From the NCBI GenBank assembly GCA_964603255.1, contig CAZRVA010000002.1:1159-65158 (forward strand): a DNA stretch of 64,000 nucleotides, in the 5' to 3' direction. The stretch is from an uncultured Chitinophaga sp. (lineage in GTDB: Bacteria; Bacteroidota; Bacteroidia; UKL13-3). A model generated the notes under the pieces. That model did not search any database. It worked only from the letters and a program-made list of their open reading frames with translations, and had not been told where the DNA came from. Made by a program: the position numbers and the translations under genes. Positions 9,532 through 17,429 of this stretch are shown piece after piece; positions within the stretch are counted from its first letter, which is position 1; the number at the start of each line of letters is the position of its first letter.

Positions 9532-10176
9532 ATGACAATGTTAGTAGGAAAAAAAGCACCTTCGTTTAAAGCTTCTGCCGTAGTAAACGGTGGTGAGTTT
9601 GTTGAAGATTTTTCATTAGAGCAATTCATCGGTAAAAAACATGTGGTATTTTTCTTTTACCCATTAGATTTCACTTTTGTTTGCCCTACAGAAATTATCG
9701 CTTTCCAACGCAGAATGGAAGAATTTGAAGCACGCAATGTAGCAGTTGTAGGTTGCTCTATCGATTCTAAATTTAGCCACTGGGCTTGGTTAAATACCCC
9801 ACAAAACGATGGTGGTATTCAAGGTGTAAAATACCCATTGGTTGCAGATGTTAACAAAACCATCGCATTAAACTATGGTGTATTGGCTGGTCATTACAAC
9901 TACGATGACAACGGTGAAATGATTTGGATTGGTAACCAAGGCGAAGACAGCGTAGCTTACCGTGGTTTGTTTTTAATTGATAAAAACGGTATTGTTCGCC
10001 ACCAAGTGGTTAACGATTTACCATTAGGCCGTAGCGTTGACGAAACTTTACGTATGGTTGATGCATTACAATACTTTGAAGAAAACGGTGAGGTTTGTCC
10101 TGCTGATTGGAACAAAGGAAAAGATGGCTTAAAAGATACTGCTGAAGGTATTGCCAGCTACTTAGCTACTCACTAA
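9532..10176 (+). CDS. Peroxiredoxin, typical 2-Cys (AhpC/Tsa family)
   Basis: 214 aa with peroxidatic Cys motif FFFYPLDFTFVCPTE and resolving Cys GEVCPADW. Confidence 0.85.
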   Translation: MTMLVGKKAPSFKASAVVNGGEFVEDFSLEQFIGKKHVVFFFYPLDFTFVCPTEIIAFQRRMEEFEARNVAVVGCSIDSKFSHWAWLNTPQNDGGIQGVKYPLVADVNKTIALNYGVLAGHYNYDDNGEMIWIGNQGEDSVAYRGLFLIDKNGIVRHQVVNDLPLGRSVDETLRMVDALQYFEENGEVCPADWNKGKDGLKDTAEGIASYLATH

Positions 10177-10197
10177 TTTTATTAGTACTATAATTTC

Positions 10198-10228
10198 AAA
10201 AGCCTCCAATAACTTTGGGGGCTTTTTT
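10198..10228 (+). terminator. Rho-independent terminator
   Basis: Stem AGCCTCCAA (10201-10209) / TTGGGGGCT (10215-10223) with one G-U pair and a 5-nt loop, followed by a T6 run. Confidence 0.75.
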
Positions 10229-10287
10229 GTGGGGTGATGTTTTAATATGAGTTAATAAAGTTGTATCTTTTGTTTGGATATTTACTG

Positions 10288-10587
10288 TTATTCATTTAAC
10301 CTGCTTTCAATATCCATTTGTTGATGCAATATCCTGATGATTTCAATTTCGTTTTTTTTAGCGTTGAACTTATAAAAAATAAGATGAGATTTAACCTTCG
10401 ACTTGTAATAACCTTTTCTAATATGGTTGCAGTTTGTTCCTGATTCAGGGTGATTCGCCAAGTATTCAAATTCGTCAATAATTAACTTAAAATACCTATC
10501 AGCTTGCTCTATAGACCATGTTTCAAAAGTGTAAAGCCATATGTTTTCAATATCATTTTGGGCCTCTTTACTAATTTGATAAGCCAT
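10288..10587 (-). CDS. parE: Type II toxin, ParE/RelE family
   Basis: 99 aa with ParE-like pattern (AQNDIENIW.Y, ADRYFKLI, HPESG, HLIFYKF...IEIIRILHQQMD). Its start overlaps the parD stop (TAATG). Confidence 0.85.
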   Translation of the reverse strand: MAYQISKEAQNDIENIWLYTFETWSIEQADRYFKLIIDEFEYLANHPESGTNCNHIRKGYYKSKVKSHLIFYKFNAKKNEIEIIRILHQQMDIESRLNE

Positions 10588-10835
10588 TATTTTGAAACAT
10601 ATTTTTGATGGATAGTTTTTAAAAAATTATCTCTATCAAAGTTTTTAACGAAACCAGATTTTTCTCCCTTCTTAAGTTCGCTAATAAGTTCCGCCTTTTT
10701 GGCCTCTTCTTCTTCAAATAACCTTAATGCCGCTCTTACCACCTCACTCGCTGATGAGAACTTTCCTGAATTAACTTGTTGACTGATGAAATTATCAAAA
10801 TAATCACCTAACAGTATTGAAGTATTTTTAGCCAT
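10587..10835 (-). CDS. parD: Type II antitoxin, ParD (ribbon-helix-helix, ParD1/3/4 type)
   Basis: 82 aa: MAKNTSILLGDYFDNFISQQVNSGKFSSASEVVRAALRLFEEEE matches the conserved ParD antitoxin N-terminus. Translationally coupled to parE. Confidence 0.85.
   Translation of the reverse strand: MAKNTSILLGDYFDNFISQQVNSGKFSSASEVVRAALRLFEEEEAKKAELISELKKGEKSGFVKNFDRDNFLKTIHQKYVSK
10588..10835. repeat. Direct repeat copy 1 (parD coding sequence)
   Basis: Hand alignment with 11670-11917 at a constant offset of 1082 bp: 248 bp, 5 mismatches, all transitions. Identity stops at the ATG on one side and about 2 nt before the stop codon on the other. Confidence 0.9.
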
Positions 10836-10856
10836 AACTTTAAATTTGAATCAAAG

Positions 10857-10873
10857 ATACCAATTATTGGTAT
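10857..10873. promoter_or_regulatory. Candidate parDE operator palindrome
   Basis: ATACCAAT-T-ATTGGTAT, perfect 8-bp arms, 22 bp upstream of the parD start codon. RHH antitoxins typically autoregulate through such palindromes. Confidence 0.4.
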
Positions 10874-10938
10874 AAAGAACAAGGGTAAAAAAATCTTGTA
10901 CAAGACTCATCAATTACTGCTGATTTTCATCTTGGTTA

Positions 10939-11130
10939 TTACCATTCCAACAATTCGTTCAACGCATCTTTGTGGGAAACAAAATCACCTTGCTCTATGC
11001 TTGCAACAGCCTCATTTATCTCTTTATTGTATTGTTTTAACGATGATCTTTTAGCCTCATCATCAACATGTAAAAAGCTTTTAATCATCTCCAATACCAA
11101 TACCTGCTGTTTGGCACTTAAAAGAGGCAA
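10939..11130 (-). CDS. Small hypothetical protein (antitoxin-like helical protein; start uncertain)
   Basis: 63-aa ORF starting at TTG. The in-frame upstream extension to the stop at 11182-11184 contains no ATG. Sequence (LVLEMIKSFLH..., EINEAVASIEQGDFVSHKDALNELLEW) resembles small addiction-module or antitoxin-type components, but I cannot name a family. Confidence 0.3.
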   Translation of the reverse strand: MPLLSAKQQVLVLEMIKSFLHVDDEAKRSSLKQYNKEINEAVASIEQGDFVSHKDALNELLEW

Positions 11131-11303
11131 ATAGGTATCTATTTGTTTTTTATAGCTGATAATGTCATGACTTTCGATTATTTATTTAAATATTAGCCAA
11201 TATTACAAAACCGCAAAAGCCTTTGTATGCTTAAAACTGTTTCAAAAGTGTTCAACTCGTTTGGACTGATTTTGATGTGAGCATCAACAATTGCTATATA
11301 TTA

Positions 11304-11633
11304 TCAATTAGACGAGTTAACAAAATTATCTTCCAGCTTCACGTTAAAATGAATCTCGGCTTTTAATGCTTTAAATACTTTCAAAATAGTGGCAACAGTA
11401 GCGCTATTTGCACTAGATTCTAACTTAGATATTTGAGCCTTTTGCACGCCTACTAACTTACCCAATTCTTCCTGAGTTAAATTTCGTTCTTGCCTTGCTG
11501 CTTTTATCATTTTACTTAGTACATCCATGCTGAGTTCATACTCATAACTATCGCGTTCCTTCGAACCTACCTTACCGATGTACTTATCCTTCATTTCGGC
11601 AAGTGTTTGTATTTTTACTTTTTGGGTGGCCAT
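11304..11633 (-). CDS. XRE-family helix-turn-helix protein, HigA-like antitoxin architecture (no cognate toxin adjacent)
   Basis: 109 aa with a C-terminal HTH (LTQEELGKLVGVQKAQISKLES) after a roughly 45-aa N-terminal segment, as in HigA2-type antitoxins. It lies 35 bp downstream of parD copy 2. Confidence 0.6.
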   Translation of the reverse strand: MATQKVKIQTLAEMKDKYIGKVGSKERDSYEYELSMDVLSKMIKAARQERNLTQEELGKLVGVQKAQISKLESSANSATVATILKVFKALKAEIHFNVKLEDNFVNSSN

Positions 11634-11668
11634 AAGTTATGCTACTATTCTGAAGTGTCACTAACTTG

Positions 11669-11917
11669 CTATTTTGAAACATATTTTTGATGGATAGTTT
11701 TTAAAAAATTATCTCTATCAAAGTTTTTAACGAAACCAGATTTTTCTCCCTTCTTAAGTTCGCTAATAAGTTCCGCCTTTTTGGCCTCTTCTTCTTCAAA
11801 TAACCTTAATGCCGCTCTTACCACCTCACCCGCTGATGAGAACTTTCCTGAATTAACTTGTTGACTGATGAAATTATCAAAACAATCACCTAACAGTATT
11901 GAAGTGTTTTTGGTCAT
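11669..11917 (-). CDS. parD: Orphan ParD antitoxin, second copy
   Basis: 82 aa, differing from the 10587-10835 product at 3 residues (A2T, Y12C, S29G). No parE follows it. Confidence 0.8.
   Translation of the reverse strand: MTKNTSILLGDCFDNFISQQVNSGKFSSAGEVVRAALRLFEEEEAKKAELISELKKGEKSGFVKNFDRDNFLKTIHQKYVSK
11670..11917. repeat. Direct repeat copy 2 (parD coding sequence)
   Basis: See copy 1: 248 bp, 5 transition mismatches, offset 1082 bp. Confidence 0.9.
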
Positions 11918-12098
11918 AGGTTGAATTTAAAAGTAGTGTACTTGTTTCAGCAAAGTGTGTTTTTAGAACTAATCATCAATTCAAAGCAAATTCGCCATAA
12001 CATTATACCTTATAAAATATGATTATCATAAAACAAACACCAAATTCAATATCACTATATACATAATTTATGTTTCTCTTATTAGAATGTATAAAGTG

Positions 12099-12902
12099 TT
12101 ATTTACACCTTCTGTATTCGCTGGCATCTTCTGGAAATTTGCTGATGTATAGATCTATATAAGTACAGTACTTTTGTTTTGCCTCTGATGCACTAACAAA
12201 ATCATAAATCTGACGTCTCTCTATTTCTCCATATATCCAAATCAAGAACTTTAGACAGTTTTTTTGGCTGTACGAATCATCTGCGTAATCCAAGGCGATT
12301 GTACCAAAATGTATAGCTTTTTTATAGCTCATATCTTTATAATTAGGAGTTGCATATATCGATGCTATAGCTCCAAAAGCTTTGCATTTAATTGCGGACT
12401 CTTCGGATGAATCTATTATCAATTGATATATCTGAATTGCCTTATCATCTTGACCCAACAATTCATAATTTAGGGCTTTCCAGTCATAAATGTATATTAT
12501 TTCATGTATTGATTTACCGCACTGAGCATTAACTCTAATAGCGAGATCAAAATCCGTGTTCGATTTTTCATAAAACCCTAATAGATGATTACATATCGCC
12601 CTTAATCGGAATATATTGTGACATTGGTTTTCTGAATTATCGATTACAAAATTTACATCTCGATTTTCATCTTCATGAAAGCCAAGATAATGTCTTGCAT
12701 AGGCCCTTATTTCATATGCTTCAAGACATTTTGGATTGAGACTTATGGCTTTGGTCGCATCTTTTATGGCTTCTTCATATCTTAAATTTTCTAGATGAAT
12801 GTCTGCGGATGTAAGACACTTTTTCCAATCAGACTGGCCGAGCAAAACAAATGATGAAAACATCAATAACGTAAATAGCTGGAAGTGTTTGGTTAATGGC
12901 AT
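12099..12902 (-). CDS. Secreted TPR/Sel1-like repeat protein
   Basis: ORF 12099-13004. I prefer the internal ATG at 12902 (MPLTKHFQLFTLLMFSSFVLLGQ is a signal peptide). Repeated helical A-x-x-Y/A motifs follow (YEEAIKDATKAISLNPK, LEAYEIRAYARHYLG, KAIQIYQLII). Confidence 0.55.
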   Translation of the reverse strand: MPLTKHFQLFTLLMFSSFVLLGQSDWKKCLTSADIHLENLRYEEAIKDATKAISLNPKCLEAYEIRAYARHYLGFHEDENRDVNFVIDNSENQCHNIFRLRAICNHLLGFYEKSNTDFDLAIRVNAQCGKSIHEIIYIYDWKALNYELLGQDDKAIQIYQLIIDSSEESAIKCKAFGAIASIYATPNYKDMSYKKAIHFGTIALDYADDSYSQKNCLKFLIWIYGEIERRQIYDFVSASEAKQKYCTYIDLYISKFPEDASEYRRCK

Positions 12903-12938
12903 ATCATTATATATTTTTGAGCAAATATAAAAGAAAAC

Positions 12939-13217
12939 ATGAACTTGGTTGGCAAATGGAAATCTTCTAACTCTGATGATATTATAACATTGGAGGAACA
13001 TCAATTTAGTGATGATACATATTACTTCAAAAAAAACAACTTAGAATCTGAGGTGGTAAAAGTTTTATTCGGAGTCCCAAACAATGTTGGAGTAATCAGG
13101 TTTACAGAAAGGTCTAATTATCCTATTGCTCAAATAATAATTCATGACCATAACTTCATTGAAATAACTGAAAATGGTTTTACTACGCGTTTGATTAAAT
13201 CTACAATAACAGTATAG
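12939..13217 (+). CDS. Hypothetical small protein
   Basis: 92-aa ORF divergent from the TPR gene, compatible only with the shortened TPR start. It begins MNLVGKW, as many lipocalin-like small beta-barrel proteins do. Weak call. Confidence 0.3.
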   Translation: MNLVGKWKSSNSDDIITLEEHQFSDDTYYFKKNNLESEVVKVLFGVPNNVGVIRFTERSNYPIAQIIIHDHNFIEITENGFTTRLIKSTITV

Positions 13218-13342
13218 GTTTATTTAATACTTACTTTAGAAATTAAATACATAGTGTAACATACTTGATTAATTATTTCAACCACATTGAATCGGCTTTC
13301 ACAGTTATTTTAAATCTATATTTCTAGGTTCAAACAAATAAT

Positions 13343-14362
13343 TCAATGTCGAATTTCTTTTATTTTATATGTAGTGCCTCCAAGATGGCATATTTCCAGC
13401 GGAATTGAAGAAAGGTTTAAATTGTAACTATCCATTACACAAAGTTCAATACTAAAATTTTCTTGAATAACCTTATTGAAAAGGGCAGTTTTAATTAAAG
13501 CATCTTTTGATCTAAACCTCAATTTATATTCAAACTGTCCAACCGTCTCAGTCTCTTCACCAAAATAAAAGTTAAAGCCTAGGATTATTTTTATCACGGA
13601 TGCGCTGGAATAGGAAATTAAACGCTCTTGTGAATTGAAGTTAAACTCTGCATTAGAAAAGCGACCTGATACTTTAAAACATTTTTTCATATCTGGTAGG
13701 CAAAAAAAGCGAAATTCATCTTCATATTTCCACGGTTCTTTTTTTATTAATGACGTAACAAAAAAACCAAGACTCTTGTCAATTTTACTGAAATCTATTG
13801 GCTTTACCTCAGATAAGTAATTAATTGGATAAGGACCAAGAAAATTATCTCCAAAGTTTTCGAAATCGAATTCAACTAAGAAACCTCTATTATTAGTGTA
13901 ATGTGCCCATAGGAGGTCGTTATATTTGTCTTTCGTCATACATAGTATTCCGAAATTAGAAATCCAAGAAGCGTATAGACTATTCCTAATTTCCTCCAAA
14001 AAATTGATTTTATCATCTCTAAACTTCCTGTAGAATTCTAATCTCTCTCTTTCATTACTAGCAAGCACATTTATTTCAGAGAAGCTGAGCCCAGAAAAAT
14101 CAATTAAGTTCAAATTAAAATCAAACAAATCATTAAAATCATCGGGTTGTGAAACGTAGAATTTATTATTAATAAATGCCATTGCACTATTAAAATTTAA
14201 AACATAATACTTTGAAAGTGATTTGGGTACAACATAATCTTTGTCTGGTATTACACTTAACAATGGAAGTTTATTCTCATTATTGTTATAATCACTAATA
14301 CAATAATCCCAGCCGTTCAATTTTAAGTTCATGTTTACAGATTTATTTTTTTTCATTAACAA
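13343..14362 (-). CDS. DUF2971 family protein
   Basis: 339 aa with the blocks I associate with DUF2971: FYVSQPDDFNDLFDF, GILCMTKDKYNDLLWAHYTNNRGFLVEFD and KKEPWKYEDEFRFF. Confidence 0.65.
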   Translation of the reverse strand: MLMKKNKSVNMNLKLNGWDYCISDYNNNENKLPLLSVIPDKDYVVPKSLSKYYVLNFNSAMAFINNKFYVSQPDDFNDLFDFNLNLIDFSGLSFSEINVLASNERERLEFYRKFRDDKINFLEEIRNSLYASWISNFGILCMTKDKYNDLLWAHYTNNRGFLVEFDFENFGDNFLGPYPINYLSEVKPIDFSKIDKSLGFFVTSLIKKEPWKYEDEFRFFCLPDMKKCFKVSGRFSNAEFNFNSQERLISYSSASVIKIILGFNFYFGEETETVGQFEYKLRFRSKDALIKTALFNKVIQENFSIELCVMDSYNLNLSSIPLEICHLGGTTYKIKEIRH

Positions 14363-14498
14363 ATCAACTGTTTCAATTTATACAAGTCAATTAACTCCTA
14401 CTAGCTTTCTAAGTATCAAATCACAATTTTGAGAGTTCATTCGCCAAATTAGTATCGTCTTTTCCTAATTCCGTAAATTAAATACTAGATTTTATTTT

Positions 14499-14584
14499 CC
14501 CGCGCGAGGGATAGTAGCTAGCTACCTTGTAGCGCGAATAACCCGACCCCGAGTGAAGCCCAGCGAAACCTCGGGGGCACGCCC
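14499..14584. other. GC-rich dyad-symmetric element in an AT-rich intergenic region
   Basis: CGCGC(14501-05)...GCGCG(14532-36) enclose the palindrome GTAGCTAGCTAC (14514-25). A second hairpin follows, CCCCGAG (14547-53) - 16 nt - CTCGGGG (14570-76). It lies 24 nt downstream of the ftsK stop on the minus strand, with no U-tract. Confidence 0.5.
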
Positions 14585-14607
14585 AAATTAAATTATATCA
14601 AATGGAA

Positions 14608-17262
14608 TTATCCCCTTTCGCGTAACTCGGCCAACCTGTCTTCCAATTGCATAATATCGCTTACCAATACTTCGCGGGCTTTGCTGCCTTTAAACGGACC
14701 AACAATGCCTGCACGTTCTAACTGATCAATTAATCGGCCTGCGCGGTTGTAACCTAAATTTAATTTACGTTGCAACAATGAGGTTGATCCTTGCTGATGT
14801 TGAACAATGATTTGTGCAGCTTCTTCAAACAAACTATCACGTTCACGTGGGTCAAATTCTGCAGGACCGTTTTCGCCATCTTCATCGCTCTTTACTTCAG
14901 GTAAAATATAAGGCTCTTTACCTTGTTGGTCGCCAATAAAGTTGGCTATTCTATCCACCTCAGGAGTATCAACAAAAGCACATTGCAAACGTACCAAATC
15001 GTTGCCCACGGTGTAAAGCATATCTCCTTTACCAATTAATTGGTCGGCACCATTTGCATCTAAAATGGTACGCGAATCTGTTTTTTGTGATACGCGGAAA
15101 GCCACACGTGCCGGGAAGTTTGCTTTAATCATACCCGTAATTACATTTACCGATGGACGTTGTGTAGCCAATATTAAATGTATACCAATAGCACGTGCCA
15201 ACTGTGCCAAACGTGCAATAGGCATTTCAACTTCCTTGCCGGCTGTCATCATTAAATCGGCCACCTCATCAATAACCACTACAATGTATGGCAAGAAACG
15301 ATGTGGCATTTTATCGGTTGGTACCAACCTGCGGCTTATAAATTTAGCGTTGTATTCTTTAAGGTTACGTACTTGTGCATCTTTTAACAAATCATAACGC
15401 GTATCCATCTCTACACAAAGCGAGTTAAGCGTATTTACCACCAACTTGGTGTCGGTAATAATGGCATCGGCATCGCCCGGAATTTTAGCCAAAAAATGGC
15501 GCTCGATGGTTTTATAAATACTTAACTCTACCTTTTTAGGATCTACCAACACAAACTTAATTTGCGATGGATGTTTTTTGTACAACAACGAAACCAAAAT
15601 AGCATTTAACCCAACCGATTTACCTTGTCCGGTTGCACCGGCCATAAGCAAATGTGGCATTTTAGCTAAGTCGGCCACAAAAACTTCGTTCTGAATATTT
15701 TTACCAAACGCAATAGGCAAATCCATGTCGGCATTTTGGAAACGTGCGCTGCTTAATGCACTGCGCATGCTTACCATAGCCGGTTTTTCGTTGGGCACTT
15801 CAATACCAATGGTACCACGACCGGGAATTGGTGCAATGATGCGTATACCCAATGCGGCTAAACTTAATGCAATGTCATCTTCCAAGTTTTTAATTTTGGC
15901 AATACGTACACCATCTTGTGGTACTATTTCGTATAACGTAACGGTGGGACCAATAGTAGCCGATATTTTTTTGATACCTATGTTGTAGTTTTTCAAGGTA
16001 TCCTCAATCATTTTGGTTTTTATCTGCAACTCGGCTGCCTCCACTGTTGATTTACTCTCACCTCCGTAGTCGTTTAATAAATCTAACGTTGGAAACTGAT
16101 AGTTGCTAAAATCTAATGTTGGGTCGTATTCTGAATCGATGCTGCCGTATTCGGGTTTTTCTACTACTTCTTCATCTTCTTCCGGAGTTTCTTGCACTTC
16201 CAACACCAAACCACTATCGGTAGTTAACACACCTGTTGTTTCAGTTGGTTCTGGAGTAATGGCATTGGCCAAAGTTGATGCTATTGCACCTGCAGCAACC
16301 AATGGCACAATGGGAACTGTATTTTCTTCCTCTTCGGTTTTTGGTTCTTCAATAACTTCGGGCTCAATTACAGGAGGAATTTCTTCTACCGGTTCTTCAA
16401 CAATTTCAGGTTCGTTTTCGGGTTGAGGCTCTTCAATTGGTTCAACAACGTTTTCTTTAACCGTTAACACAAAATCATCCGGGTTTAATGGCTGTGCTTC
16501 GGCCTCTTGCGCTGCCAATGCAGCGGTACTTAAAGTAATGTTTCCTAAATTTTCTGGCTCGTTTGTTTCTTCAGGTAAAACGGGTTCGGGTTTTGGTTTG
16601 GGTTGATAAAATTTAATATTAAAAACCACCACCAAAAACACCAAAAGATAAAATACCAAACCTAAAGCGGCACCTGCAGTTCCAATTAATCCTTTAATGT
16701 ATAAGTATCCAAAATGACCAAAAGCTCCACCTAAAATTTGCCAAACATCAGTAAAAATTAAACCTAATGTTACCGATAACCACAATACCCCAAAAAAACT
16801 GTAACGAATGGTTTTTAAAATTGGTAAAGGAGTGGTGTCTGTTAAGAGTTTGATGCCAATCAACCCAAAAATAAGTACAAAGGCAAAAGATGAAATGCCA
16901 AAACCTTTATACATGAATACATAAGCCACCCATGCACCAAGTTTACCCAAGATATTTTCAGCAGCATCAGGGTCGTTTTGTAAAAACACATCCCAACCCA
17001 AACCTTTTGCTATGTTTTGATCGTATTGCCAGCTAAACAAAAACGAACCAAAGGCAAAGGCCATAAAAACGGACGTAAGTAAAAATACAAGCCCGGTAAT
17101 TTTTAAAAAACGCTCGTCCTTTAAAAAAGCTAATTTTCCTTGGGTGGACTCGCTATTTTTTTTAGCACCTTTGGATTTGGGCTTTTCTACGGGCTCTTCA
17201 CGTTCAAAATCTTTGGGCTCGCTACCTACTGTACTGATTATGTTTTGTTTGGCTTTTTTCAT
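14608..17262 (-). CDS. ftsK: DNA translocase FtsK/SpoIIIE
   Basis: N-terminal TM segments, a Pro/Glu-rich linker, the motor domain (Walker A GATGQGKSV, Walker B VVVIDEVADLMM) and a C-terminal gamma winged helix (STSLLQRKLNLGYNRAGRLIDQLE). Start set at MKKAKQN (ATG 17262) rather than ORF start 17304. Confidence 0.9.
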   Translation of the reverse strand: MKKAKQNIISTVGSEPKDFEREEPVEKPKSKGAKKNSESTQGKLAFLKDERFLKITGLVFLLTSVFMAFAFGSFLFSWQYDQNIAKGLGWDVFLQNDPDAAENILGKLGAWVAYVFMYKGFGISSFAFVLIFGLIGIKLLTDTTPLPILKTIRYSFFGVLWLSVTLGLIFTDVWQILGGAFGHFGYLYIKGLIGTAGAALGLVFYLLVFLVVVFNIKFYQPKPKPEPVLPEETNEPENLGNITLSTAALAAQEAEAQPLNPDDFVLTVKENVVEPIEEPQPENEPEIVEEPVEEIPPVIEPEVIEEPKTEEEENTVPIVPLVAAGAIASTLANAITPEPTETTGVLTTDSGLVLEVQETPEEDEEVVEKPEYGSIDSEYDPTLDFSNYQFPTLDLLNDYGGESKSTVEAAELQIKTKMIEDTLKNYNIGIKKISATIGPTVTLYEIVPQDGVRIAKIKNLEDDIALSLAALGIRIIAPIPGRGTIGIEVPNEKPAMVSMRSALSSARFQNADMDLPIAFGKNIQNEVFVADLAKMPHLLMAGATGQGKSVGLNAILVSLLYKKHPSQIKFVLVDPKKVELSIYKTIERHFLAKIPGDADAIITDTKLVVNTLNSLCVEMDTRYDLLKDAQVRNLKEYNAKFISRRLVPTDKMPHRFLPYIVVVIDEVADLMMTAGKEVEMPIARLAQLARAIGIHLILATQRPSVNVITGMIKANFPARVAFRVSQKTDSRTILDANGADQLIGKGDMLYTVGNDLVRLQCAFVDTPEVDRIANFIGDQQGKEPYILPEVKSDEDGENGPAEFDPRERDSLFEEAAQIIVQHQQGSTSLLQRKLNLGYNRAGRLIDQLERAGIVGPFKGSKAREVLVSDIMQLEDRLAELRERG

Positions 17263-17429
17263 CTTAACTAAACAAAAATACTCTACAACAACATTTAATG
17301 CCATTTAGTTACCCACCTTTACACATGGTTTGGGTTTTATTGCCATATTTTAGAAACACCTGCTTTGCAGAAGTGCTTATTGTGATTAAATTCGCCCATG
17401 CTTGGCAAGTTGCCAATAAAATAGACATT

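Noticed and set aside
14499-14584. GC-rich element as a tRNA or tmRNA 3' fragment marking an integration site, or as an intrinsic terminator for ftsK.
   Set aside because: There is no GTTCRANYC T-loop, no acceptor/CCA-like end, and no U-tract after either hairpin on either strand. It is kept as an unexplained structured element instead.
17402-17416. Sigma-54 (-24 GG / -12 GC) promoter in TTGGCAAGTTGCCAA.
   Set aside because: The GG and GC dinucleotides are about 8 nt apart rather than the spacing required by TGGCAC-N5-TTGCW. It fits a simple palindrome better.
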